Shown here in pieces: positions 51,726 through 61,234 of a DNA stretch of 64,000 bases. This DNA comes from an uncultured Pseudobdellovibrionaceae bacterium. GTDB taxonomy: Bacteria > Bdellovibrionota > Bdellovibrionia > Bdellovibrionales > UBA1609. The notes under the pieces were generated by a model. That model was not told the origin of the DNA. It saw nothing but the letters and a program-made list of their open reading frames with translations, and ran no database searches. Every line of letters begins with the position of its first letter. Position 1 is the first letter of the stretch. The stretch covers positions 160,001-224,000 of the forward strand of contig CAWDNU010000003.1 of NCBI GenBank assembly GCA_963803705.1, in the 5' to 3' direction. The position numbers were made by a program, and so were the translations under genes.

Positions 51726-53243
51726 TTAAACGCTTTTAAACATTTCCAAAGCTTTTTTGCGCTGTTCAGAGTGATCAACTATTGGGCTGGGATATTTATC
51801 AGATCGTTCAGCAGACTCGTCGTGAATATTTTTTGGGTCAGTATCTTTTAGCTCAGGAATATATTCTTTAATATATTTGGCATCGGGGTCAAATTTCTTA
51901 CTCTGGCTCCATGGGTTAAAGATTCTAAAATAGGGTTGAGGATCACAACCTGTTGAAGCTGCCCACTGCCACCCTCCATTGTTGGGGGCCAAGTCGCCAT
52001 CTAACAAAGTCTCCATAAAATACTTTTCGCCCCAACGCCAATCAATATGTAAATCTTTAGTTAAAAACGAAGCCACTATCATTCGGACTCGATTATGCAT
52101 CCAGCCCGTCTTGTTAAGCTCTCGCATCCCAGCATCAACAATCGGGAAGCCAGTTTGACCAGTCTTCCAAGCATCAAACCATATCTTGTTGTTTTGCCAT
52201 TTAAGTTTTTTATATTTCGAATTGAAAGACTCTTTTTCAACCTCTGGATTTCTATATAAAATATGGTAATAAAACTCTCTCCAAACTAATTCGCTATAGA
52301 ATTTTTGCATATCAGTTTGAGGTTTTTTTTCATAGGGCACTAGGTTTAGATAAGATATGGCTTGAGCCGTTGTTATACTGCCATTTTTCAAGAACATTGA
52401 CAGTCTTGATGTTCCGTTCAAACTTGGAATGTCACGATTATCGGCATAGTCTTTAATAACTTTTTTAAAGTCATCAAGCCTTTCAAAAGCTTCGGCTGTG
52501 CCACTTTTGGGTATTTCAATATTAACATTTTTCTTATTTTTTTTGCTAAAGTCATCTAAACTATCTTTAAAATCTTTTGATTTAGAATCAAAAATATTTG
52601 CCCATTTGAGTTTAAACACTTTTTCAATTTTTTTGTTGGACCTGACTCTTTCCACATAATCTAAACCTAAATTTGCTTTTTGCACTCTAGACATAATATC
52701 ATTATCTTCAGTTATATGTTCCATCCACTTTCTGGCAAACGGCGAATAAACTTGATAGCCATCAGTGTTCGACCCATTTTTGACCAGCTCATGTGGTTCA
52801 ATAATTAGATGATCCCTAAAGTTTTTATTGTTGATCTCCTTATCATTTAAAATGTCTTTTATTTTAGAGTCTCGTTGTCTAGCGAAGGGCTCGTAATCTC
52901 TGTTCCAAGATACAAGATTTAGCTTATAATTATCTAAGGAATCAAAGTGTTTTAGGATGTTTTTAAAGCCTTTTTCGGGATCTTCATTTAAGACAAGTAA
53001 GTCTCCACCAAGATTTTGAAGTTCTTTTTTTAAGGACATTAGCGTCTCTAGAAAAAATTGAAACCGATTACAGCCGAAGTCAGGACGAGATAAAAATTTA
53101 TCATCAAAACAAAAAAGCCCCAATGTGAAGCCCTTGCTTTCCTGACAGTTGTATTTTAAACCGGGATTTCCAGCGACTCGCAAGTCTCTTCTAAACCAGT
53201 GAATTCCTACGTTTTGATTTGGTTTTTTGGCCATATAACTCAC
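51726..53243 (-). CDS. phrB: Deoxyribodipyrimidine photolyase (class I CPD)
   Basis: WFRRDLR, TSRLS, WREFY, GWMHNRVRM, NNGGWQWAAS. Confidence 0.93.
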   Translation of the reverse strand: MSYMAKKPNQNVGIHWFRRDLRVAGNPGLKYNCQESKGFTLGLFCFDDKFLSRPDFGCNRFQFFLETLMSLKKELQNLGGDLLVLNEDPEKGFKNILKHFDSLDNYKLNLVSWNRDYEPFARQRDSKIKDILNDKEINNKNFRDHLIIEPHELVKNGSNTDGYQVYSPFARKWMEHITEDNDIMSRVQKANLGLDYVERVRSNKKIEKVFKLKWANIFDSKSKDFKDSLDDFSKKNKKNVNIEIPKSGTAEAFERLDDFKKVIKDYADNRDIPSLNGTSRLSMFLKNGSITTAQAISYLNLVPYEKKPQTDMQKFYSELVWREFYYHILYRNPEVEKESFNSKYKKLKWQNNKIWFDAWKTGQTGFPIVDAGMRELNKTGWMHNRVRMIVASFLTKDLHIDWRWGEKYFMETLLDGDLAPNNGGWQWAASTGCDPQPYFRIFNPWSQSKKFDPDAKYIKEYIPELKDTDPKNIHDESAERSDKYPSPIVDHSEQRKKALEMFKSV

Positions 53244-53564
53244 TTCACTTTGATGTACGAAATTTGCGGAGAAAGCTAAACAGAAAAGCTTTTGGTCGCT
53301 AGTCCGGATTATTTTAAGAATTTATAGATTTAAATGTAATTCAAATCTTCGTTTTATTTAATTAAATTGAGCGAATTAAAACCCTTTTTAGTTTATTTAC
53401 TTGCAAAGAAACATAATAAATTGAAAAAATCTTTAGATTCAATTGAAGTTGTTTTAAGCGAAGGCGAGCACAAAACGAATTCTTTGAAGATAAAGTAGCA
53501 AAAACCTAGATCAATCTTCCACAGGTCCTAAACTAAAAGTTGGCAAATACCGACAAGTCTAGCT

Positions 53565-54251
53565 GTGAATCGGTCCTTTAGTATGTTTTTTTTAATTTGC
53601 TGTTCATTTTCTACGACGTTCTTCTACCAGAACTGCGCCGAAATGAAGAGCTCTTCTGAAATAGCTATGGACGATATTGAATACCTACCGCTTTTTACCA
53701 ATCAGCTTCAGCTATTCGAGCTAGCTGCACAAAACCCTAACTGTTCTAAGATTAACGAAGTTCTTTACTCGAAATCTCATAACCTTTGTTTTGAAGTGGA
53801 TGACTCGTGTTCTTATTCATTGCTTGTGAAAAATGGATTTACACCTGTGGATAAAAGTTTGGGCCAAAAAGCCAAATTGCTTAGTGGCGAAAGCGAATTA
53901 GATATAGCTTATGATCCGCTACCGCCAACTGACGGTGATGAGCTGAGCTTCGCAAGTCAGCTTGAGGCTGCAAAAGACGATAACCAAGTAATGGATCTGC
54001 ACGATTTAGTTAAAAGCTGCCAGCTATTTGTTAGTATAAATGATTTGAAACCCTCTGATTTTAGAATCCAAAGATTAGATAGTTTTAACTATAAACCAGA
54101 TCCTCATAGCCTTTGCTCGATGCAGATAGAGCCTATGGTTAATTTTAAAAGCAGAACTTGTCTGCTGGCTACCGATGGTTGCCAAAGTAGCTTTGCGAAA
54201 GATCAAGGGTTTGTAAAAGACTACTACTCTATTTGCCCTCATAGCATTTAA
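53565..54251 (+). CDS. Cys-rich hypothetical lipoprotein
   Basis: FYQNC lipobox; duplicated C-x6-C...GF motif. Confidence 0.65.
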   Translation: MNRSFSMFFLICCSFSTTFFYQNCAEMKSSSEIAMDDIEYLPLFTNQLQLFELAAQNPNCSKINEVLYSKSHNLCFEVDDSCSYSLLVKNGFTPVDKSLGQKAKLLSGESELDIAYDPLPPTDGDELSFASQLEAAKDDNQVMDLHDLVKSCQLFVSINDLKPSDFRIQRLDSFNYKPDPHSLCSMQIEPMVNFKSRTCLLATDGCQSSFAKDQGFVKDYYSICPHSI

Positions 54252-54627
54252 AAAAGCAGACATGGTAAAACCTAGCGATGATCTAAGTCACATCAAGTAG
54301 CTAATCCAACCCATCTGTCATAGTTATTTTAGTGATATATCTTTTACGATTAAGTAAAAACTTCATGGTTCACCATTAACTAATACTATAGCGACAGTTT
54401 TTTCGTGAGAGTGATTAAATTATAAATGGCTAGTTATTAAGCAAATACTTAAATTATTATAAACGTTTAAATGCCTTTGTTTTTGCTTATTTTATCCCCT
54501 GAACTTACAAAAATTACCCATTTCCAAATTAATCGCAGCTGAGCAGGTTAATATAAGATTTACTTATGGCAAATATTTAATTTAATAATTTTACAACCTT
54601 CTTAAAAAAACTTACAAACCTAGGCTT

Positions 54628-55632
54628 ATGGTAAACCAAAGCCCCAAGTTCAATTACAGAAAAGTTGAAAATCTGCATATTTTTGTGCCCAATTTTTGCA
54701 GAATGATATTCGTGGATCGTAAATTGTTTTTTCTAGTTTTAGCTTTTGTAGGTTTTGCAGGTTTAGGCCAAAATGCCTTCTCGGCTCAAACTACAAAGAA
54801 AACTATTAAGAAAACGGTAAGAAAGAAAGGTGCTTTAAAAAAAGAAGAAAAAGAAGTTATTAGCAAAAATTTAACTCCCGCCGAGCAGCAACGTTTATCT
54901 AGTAAAAAATGGAGCTTTATCCTGGGCACCTCAGCCTTTAGGTCCCGCGACGAGCTATCAGATTATTTTGGAAGTGTAAGCGGGTCTATGGCTTACAAAG
55001 TGCATTCAAAACTTCTTTTAACGTCTAGTTTGCAGTATGAATATATCACTTATAAAAGTGGAGGGGCTTTTTTAGTTAACCAAGATAATCCTCGTAACTT
55101 CGGTTTTGGGGATCTAAGATTAGGTTTTTCAGCTCCAAGAATATTCAATCTTCCCAACATTAAGTCTTTCGTCAACTTTTCAGGTGGTATCAACTTGCCC
55201 ACTTCAACTAATTCACTGGATGCGGGCCAATATTACTCTTCAAACTTTACTGTTTCTATGATCTCGTTCGTAACTCCTAAGTTTTTGATTAATAGTTACA
55301 GTTCGATATTACATGCCGCACATCAATTTGAAGAGGCTAATGCAACAGGCTCGCTGTTAAATTCTCCGTTTGGATTAAGAGCGGGTGCAAATTTATCTTA
55401 TAATTTGATCAAAGGTCTAACTGCTTTTTCGGGTTACGACTTGAATGCCAGATTTGAATACAGCAACGGAGTTAGGAATATTCAAACTTTTTCAGCAGGT
55501 TTACAGTACGCATTCACTGATAAGATTTATTTTAGTGGTTCAACCGTATGGAGAGACGAGCTGATATCTAATGACGTGGTTTTTGATGATGACAAAAGTT
55601 TTTATTCTATAGGTGTTGATTACATTCTATGA
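54628..55632 (+). CDS. Small outer-membrane beta-barrel protein (module 2); start probably 54703 or 54712
   Basis: Signal peptide, amphipathic strands; HQFEEANATG and WRDELISNDVVFDD motifs shared with 25297. Confidence 0.7.
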   Translation: MVNQSPKFNYRKVENLHIFVPNFCRMIFVDRKLFFLVLAFVGFAGLGQNAFSAQTTKKTIKKTVRKKGALKKEEKEVISKNLTPAEQQRLSSKKWSFILGTSAFRSRDELSDYFGSVSGSMAYKVHSKLLLTSSLQYEYITYKSGGAFLVNQDNPRNFGFGDLRLGFSAPRIFNLPNIKSFVNFSGGINLPTSTNSLDAGQYYSSNFTVSMISFVTPKFLINSYSSILHAAHQFEEANATGSLLNSPFGLRAGANLSYNLIKGLTAFSGYDLNARFEYSNGVRNIQTFSAGLQYAFTDKIYFSGSTVWRDELISNDVVFDDDKSFYSIGVDYIL

Positions 55633-58600
55633 TTTTTCAGAACGAAAGAAGGACGGAATTTATGTGTGTTAAGGTAAAGCAACTTGTATACATTTTGGCG
55701 ATATTAAATTTAGCAGCTTGTGTAAAATCTAGGCCTGATATTTATGCGCCTGGAATTAGCGATCCGACTCAATTTATACCTATCGATGGTGCGATTAAGG
55801 CTATCGATGAGAAAGCTGGTCTCGAACCGGGTGTTGCTAATAATCACAAGTTAGTAACTGGATCTTCAGTTTCAAGAGGGGATACTATCGATGCACAGAG
55901 TGTCAGATTGAATGGTGCAGGTTTTAAATTCCCAGTGTTCGTTGATTTTAAAACAAACGCACCTTTGTTGAAAGAGAATTTAGATGAAATTAAAATCTTT
56001 GGTTTGCCTGACAAAGAGTATTCACTATTTTACGAGTTTACGCCTAAACATCTAAAGATTTACAAAGTAACGCCAGAAGACGAGCTCACACACTATGAAA
56101 AGCCTATTAGCAAACAATCTTCAGATGGGAAATGGTTAGTTCCGATAGGTGGATACGAGGTAAGTTACTTTAAAGCATTCAAGGAGCCAGACGCAGACAA
56201 CAGGGCTACAAATATTAAAAACTTCAAAGAGGTTGCGCCTGAAAACTATAAGAGCCTAGCTACCCACTTTACCTACGATAGTAAGAGTTTCGTTCTTTTC
56301 GAGGTAGCCGAAGATAAGACAAATATTTACCCTTCTGATTACTTTGACGGGGACTGGTACTTTGCAACTACAATCGTATCAACGAAGCCTGGTGAAGAGT
56401 CTAACTTGGGTTATTTTGATTCATCTATTGATGCGTCACTTCGAAAAAATGCGACTCGGGTGAAATTTGTCAGAAGCCTAGAGTTTCTTCGAGCAGTAAA
56501 TACAGTTATTGATTCTAGGATCGAGGTTTCGGACGATCAACTTGATGATGTTATTAATATTCCTGCTAAGTGGTTGGACTATACTGTCTACAAAACTGAC
56601 GGTTACGAAGAGCTAAAAGAAGAGATTGATAATTCAACGGACTACAAGAACCGACCATTTGTTAGACTAGATTTTAAGATGACAAAAAGTTTAATCGTTG
56701 CCGATAACTCTCAATTAGATGACTATTTTAATGGTTTAGAAGTGAGTGATGTTAGCTACGCTAAAGACACTTTTAGTTTTACTTTGCTCAGAATTTCAAC
56801 GGGTGTGAAAAGAAAGTATTCTTTTCAGCGTATTCCAGAAAAGAACGACTATAAGCCGATGGTGTACTCAATTGATGACTCGAAAATATATGGCTACTTC
56901 GCAACTAAGATTGAAAGGCTTTTAGATATAGGTCTTCATCGAAGAACGGACTATGAACAAAACTTACTTGCTAACAGGTTCAACCCAAAAAAAGATATAG
57001 TATTCAGATTTTCTAAGCAAACACCTACCGCTGGAACAACCGACTTTTACGGACTTAAAATTGATTATAGAAAAATAGGTGAAAATTCGGTTAAATATTG
57101 GAACCAAGCCTTCAAAGTGATTGGTGCTCCAAATGAAATCCGTTTAGATAAATCTGTCGAAAATGAACTTGGTGACTTCGATGCCAACACCATTAACATT
57201 ATCACTAACTTAGCGGCTGATGGATCCGGCGGAGTCGGACCTACCATTGCAGATCCCATGACCGGTGAAATAATCAATGGCACGGTTAACGTTTATACTG
57301 CGACCACCATTGCTGGAACTAGCAATGATTTAAGAGATTTATTGAAAATAGAGCGTGGATTAGTCAATGATACAGTTTTTTCTAGAGCGATAAGAGAGCG
57401 AGGAATCAAACCTGGTTTCAGAAAAGAAGTAGATTACCTATGTCCTGAAATCATTAAGTTCGCTAAAAAAACCAAGGGTCAGCTGTTAGAAAACTCTGAA
57501 GCTGAAAACAAGGTCGTTTTTTCATGTTTAGAAAAAATTGTTCCTAAAAGAATCGAAGCTATCGTGACCCATGAGATGGGTCACACTTTAGGCTTAAGAC
57601 ATAACTTTTACGGCTCTTTTGATAAGAAAAACTCCTTTCAAACCATTTCGGATTTGGAATCAATCTATCCAAGAAACGAATTTCCAGATCTGTACGCTCA
57701 AAATTTGCCGAAAGATGATGAGTCTATGCTTCTGAATTACAGTTCTATTATGGACTACTTTAATGTTTGGTTTAGATCTGATGAGGGAGTTTCACTTTCA
57801 GTGCCTTCAGCTTACGATATTTCAGCACTGGCCTATTTATATATGCATAAACTTCCCCTTGATGGTCCAAAATTATTTAACGGTTATGTAAAACTTGATC
57901 CAGAAAAGGATATTGGCGAAAACCTGGCTAGCGGAATTAAAAATTCACGCAGCACTTTATATTGCAAAGATGAACAGGCCCTAAACAGAACTAAGCCGCC
58001 TGCCATAATTGATTCGGGCTGTGCGCTTCACGATAAGGGTCAAACTTATACAGAAATACTTGATTACTACTTTAATTCAATGAGGGACAGTCTTCTAATC
58101 GAGTCCAAGAAACTTGACAGCATTGTACTTTCAAATCCGAAAGGCTTTGTTATGCAAAGAATCACCTTTATGGGGGTGGTATATATGGATTGGAGGTTTA
58201 AGCTTTCAAAACTTATGTCTGACCCCACAAATACAAGACTTATTGGTTACTCCCCGCAGAGTTTCAATGATCTGTTGAGTAAAGTTAAAAGTAGCGATAC
58301 TAGGATTAAAGATGATGCTAATTTATCGAAAAGATATTTTGATTATCTTACCGAAATTTCGGACATGTCCAACTATTACTGCATAACCAAGAATGATGCC
58401 GATGAGGTTAACATTCGGGAATTTTCTATACTACAAAAGAAGTTGATCAACTTCACACCTGACAGCCAGATTGAATCTTGCAACGATTCAATTATAGCTG
58501 AAAAGTTAGAGGGCGAACAGGTTATAGGCAGTATGGGTCTACCAATAAAACCAATACAATTTTCGCAAAAACCTGAAGACTCGTCAGAAAGCTTTGATGT

Positions 58601-59666
58601 TCTAGGAGTAGGTGAAATAAGAGAACACGCAGTATTGCATTTAGGAGTTTTGCCACCACTGCTATACTTCAACGCGATCAACGGTTTTGCGCCAAGTATT
58701 TTAGATGAACCGGCCCTTTATCAAAATTATAAACGAAAAGTTGAAAGCCGCATTTTAGATGGTTTAAACATAACTGACCAACTTAATTATGCCCTAGAGA
58801 TCTTAGACACTGACTTGAAGGTTCCAAGTCGAAAGCGTTTTAACAAGTACATCGAGGAAAATAGCATTTACGACAAAGCTTTTGTAACGCTTGTTAATTC
58901 AAATTCAGGCACTGATTCTTCAGGGTCGAAGCGTAATCAGCTTATTGACTTTGATATGGGCAAGACTTCGAACGTTAGAGATATTCCTGCCTTAGCAACC
59001 AGTGTTAATATCTCCAATGTTTACTTCTACGCCTTACCTAATAGCACATGGAGCGTGAACCTGATTAACCGGTACAAGCAAATCAATAACCCAGGTGATA
59101 TTGATATTGGGATAGTTAGTCCAGAGTTAAAAGCCGTTTTCGATATGTTAGTCACAACCGCTGAAGACCTGCCTGTTTATGAAAGAGAAAATTATGTTCT
59201 TAGCTTAGAGACTTTAGGTCAGTTTATGCAAAAAATGAGTAACGTGCGTCAGCAAAACCAGTCCAACTCCCTGGCTGTTTCGGAATTAAATCTAGCTTTT
59301 GGAAACTATATGGAAGGGGCGTATAATCTTAGTCAGTTATTCAGATCTGAGCAGATCAATCAGACCACTGGCCAGGATGAATTTATCTTTAAGGGAGAGC
59401 CCTTATCTGTGGCTAAACTTACTAACTATGTAGAAAAGTTACGCTTAGAGGGCTTGTCAGAACAGCTACAAGCTGAGATGGGTTTTAAAGCACCGCTTAC
59501 CCAAGAGGCAGTGCTTGGAAACTATTTAAGACAAAAAGATCCAAGCACCTATAGCTACTGGCAGACAAAGTTTGAGCAAAATGCTGAAGATTTAACGGAT
59601 TTCGAGGTTGAAGAGCTTACAGCTTACAAAGCCTATTTGGAAAATAGAATTGGCGCTGGAAGATAA
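55629..59666 (+). CDS. Large zinc-dependent metalloprotease lipoprotein (paralog of 26209)
   Basis: Lipobox LAAC; GPTIADPMTGE; HEMGHTLGLRHNF; SSIMDY; YDISAL. Confidence 0.88.
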   Translation: MIFQNERRTEFMCVKVKQLVYILAILNLAACVKSRPDIYAPGISDPTQFIPIDGAIKAIDEKAGLEPGVANNHKLVTGSSVSRGDTIDAQSVRLNGAGFKFPVFVDFKTNAPLLKENLDEIKIFGLPDKEYSLFYEFTPKHLKIYKVTPEDELTHYEKPISKQSSDGKWLVPIGGYEVSYFKAFKEPDADNRATNIKNFKEVAPENYKSLATHFTYDSKSFVLFEVAEDKTNIYPSDYFDGDWYFATTIVSTKPGEESNLGYFDSSIDASLRKNATRVKFVRSLEFLRAVNTVIDSRIEVSDDQLDDVINIPAKWLDYTVYKTDGYEELKEEIDNSTDYKNRPFVRLDFKMTKSLIVADNSQLDDYFNGLEVSDVSYAKDTFSFTLLRISTGVKRKYSFQRIPEKNDYKPMVYSIDDSKIYGYFATKIERLLDIGLHRRTDYEQNLLANRFNPKKDIVFRFSKQTPTAGTTDFYGLKIDYRKIGENSVKYWNQAFKVIGAPNEIRLDKSVENELGDFDANTINIITNLAADGSGGVGPTIADPMTGEIINGTVNVYTATTIAGTSNDLRDLLKIERGLVNDTVFSRAIRERGIKPGFRKEVDYLCPEIIKFAKKTKGQLLENSEAENKVVFSCLEKIVPKRIEAIVTHEMGHTLGLRHNFYGSFDKKNSFQTISDLESIYPRNEFPDLYAQNLPKDDESMLLNYSSIMDYFNVWFRSDEGVSLSVPSAYDISALAYLYMHKLPLDGPKLFNGYVKLDPEKDIGENLASGIKNSRSTLYCKDEQALNRTKPPAIIDSGCALHDKGQTYTEILDYYFNSMRDSLLIESKKLDSIVLSNPKGFVMQRITFMGVVYMDWRFKLSKLMSDPTNTRLIGYSPQSFNDLLSKVKSSDTRIKDDANLSKRYFDYLTEISDMSNYYCITKNDADEVNIREFSILQKKLINFTPDSQIESCNDSIIAEKLEGEQVIGSMGLPIKPIQFSQKPEDSSESFDVLGVGEIREHAVLHLGVLPPLLYFNAINGFAPSILDEPALYQNYKRKVESRILDGLNITDQLNYALEILDTDLKVPSRKRFNKYIEENSIYDKAFVTLVNSNSGTDSSGSKRNQLIDFDMGKTSNVRDIPALATSVNISNVYFYALPNSTWSVNLINRYKQINNPGDIDIGIVSPELKAVFDMLVTTAEDLPVYERENYVLSLETLGQFMQKMSNVRQQNQSNSLAVSELNLAFGNYMEGAYNLSQLFRSEQINQTTGQDEFIFKGEPLSVAKLTNYVEKLRLEGLSEQLQAEMGFKAPLTQEAVLGNYLRQKDPSTYSYWQTKFEQNAEDLTDFEVEELTAYKAYLENRIGAGR

Positions 59667-59720
59667 TCATAGACGATTTTAAAAAATTCTACTTAGAGTT
59701 TAAAAAAGCCCAAGTTACAC

Positions 59721-59745
59721 TGATCTGCATCCCAAAAGTGGGACA
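59721..59745 (+). mobile_element. Solo IS3-family-like terminal inverted repeat (remnant)
   Basis: TGATCTGCATCCCAAAAGTGGGACA resembles IS3/IS150-type ends (recalled consensus TGAnCTGCACCCCAAAAGTTnGACA); no transposase nearby. Confidence 0.45.
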
Positions 59746-59752
59746 TACAAAA

Positions 59753-59782
59753 AAAGCCTCATCTGCGACAGGATGGGGCTTT
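59753..59782. terminator. Stem-loop, putative intrinsic terminator after the protease gene
   Basis: AAAGCCTCATC..GATGGGGCTTT, with an A-run on the left and a T-rich tail. Confidence 0.55.
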
Positions 59783-59973
59783 GCTTTATGTGGAGTGCCG
59801 CAGACAAGTAAGCTTAATAGATCTAGACAATCGATAATTCATCAGTAGATCTTATTGATGTCTGTCATATAATAAAATCTTATATATAAACCAAATTCAT
59901 ACGATTGTACTTAGCCTTTTGTAAGAGCTAGCTTATTAATGGGATTAATAAGCTGGGAGGGGGGCCTTTTACA

Positions 59974-61203
59974 GTGGTAGATACAGGATGTATCAGTGAA
60001 GTTGATAGTGGAGTCAACAAAGTTGGAAAGGGATATTCCAATTCAGAGATCAGTCTAAACTCTGATCTAGAGCGAAATCCAACCGTCGGTCTAAAATCTA
60101 ATTCGACTGACATGACAAACATCAATGCAACTTCTGACAGAAAAGTCGACTTTAAGAAGTTAACTTCAGTTGCTTTTAACAAGGCTATAAAAGAGTTTAA
60201 CAAAACGTCGAATCAAGAACTTACTAGCCAAACGTACAGTCTAAAATCTTATGAAGACTCTTCAAGTGTGATGATTTCGAACAAAAAAATAAGGCCCTTA
60301 GACTTAGATCCCTTAGGTTCGAAAACACTTGCTTTAAGCTTTATAGAAATTTTTCTTATTAATCGCAAATTTTTACTACTGTTTTTATTTGATTGTATTA
60401 AAATCGTAGTTTTTTTATTTATTCTTTTATTTATTTACACTAAAGCCAATGCACAAACTTTGGAAGAGCAAAGGTTGCGTTCAAAATCACCTTGGAACTT
60501 TATCAATGACATTACTTTGGACACAAACGCCCAAAACTTAAATGCTATTGATAATTCTAGCGGCGCAACATACACCGCCGGTTTTCGCTACTCATTAGGG
60601 AAAAAAAGAAATCTTTGGGCTTTTGGCAGAGCCGCAAAAAGATTTTCAGGTGAAGAGCGATTTGATCTCTTGGATACCATAGTTCGAATAGAGCAAGTCC
60701 TAGATCAGAAAATTTTATCGATGGCTCCACGGGTTAGACTTGAAGCCGTTTTACCAACAAATGAGTTTGTTCATGAACAGACAAGCTTTGTTGGTGCTTT
60801 AGGAACTCAATTTAGGCTTACTAAGCCGCTACCCTATAAACTATTTTTAATATGGAGTAATAACTTAAGGTGGAATTTTCATAATTTCAGAGTCTCTGAA
60901 ACCGGAGTTCCAAACATTCAGACAACAGCTTCATCACTAATAAACCTATCTTATGCAGTGAACCCGAAGATTCAAACGTCACTTGGCTTGGGATGGTCGC
61001 TGGCTAAAAGCTATGAAAACAATCTAACAGATTTTTATTCTATTGATTTAAACGCTTCTTACGTATTTACGAACGAGTTAAGTTTTGTAGCGGGGTGGAC
61101 CACTGCAGGTAGTCCATTTACGGCCGATGGAAGAAACACAAATATAAAACTTTTTGACGAGAGGGATACAACTTTTTATTTCAGTTTTACACATTTTATG
61201 TAG
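59974..61203 (+). CDS. Outer-membrane beta-barrel protein (module 3); true start possibly ~60271 or later
   Basis: Signal-like segment ending KANA, amphipathic strands, LPT motif, HNF..S.TG..N, LFDE..T, aromatic C-terminus. Confidence 0.7.
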   Translation: MVDTGCISEVDSGVNKVGKGYSNSEISLNSDLERNPTVGLKSNSTDMTNINATSDRKVDFKKLTSVAFNKAIKEFNKTSNQELTSQTYSLKSYEDSSSVMISNKKIRPLDLDPLGSKTLALSFIEIFLINRKFLLLFLFDCIKIVVFLFILLFIYTKANAQTLEEQRLRSKSPWNFINDITLDTNAQNLNAIDNSSGATYTAGFRYSLGKKRNLWAFGRAAKRFSGEERFDLLDTIVRIEQVLDQKILSMAPRVRLEAVLPTNEFVHEQTSFVGALGTQFRLTKPLPYKLFLIWSNNLRWNFHNFRVSETGVPNIQTTASSLINLSYAVNPKIQTSLGLGWSLAKSYENNLTDFYSIDLNASYVFTNELSFVAGWTTAGSPFTADGRNTNIKLFDERDTTFYFSFTHFM

Positions 61204-61234
61204 TTTTAATTTAATTTGTTCTAGGGAGGGGATA

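Noticed and set aside
5365..60203. Numerous 60-125 aa ORFs antisense to or nested in long genes
   Set aside because: They are shadow ORFs of well-supported CDSs
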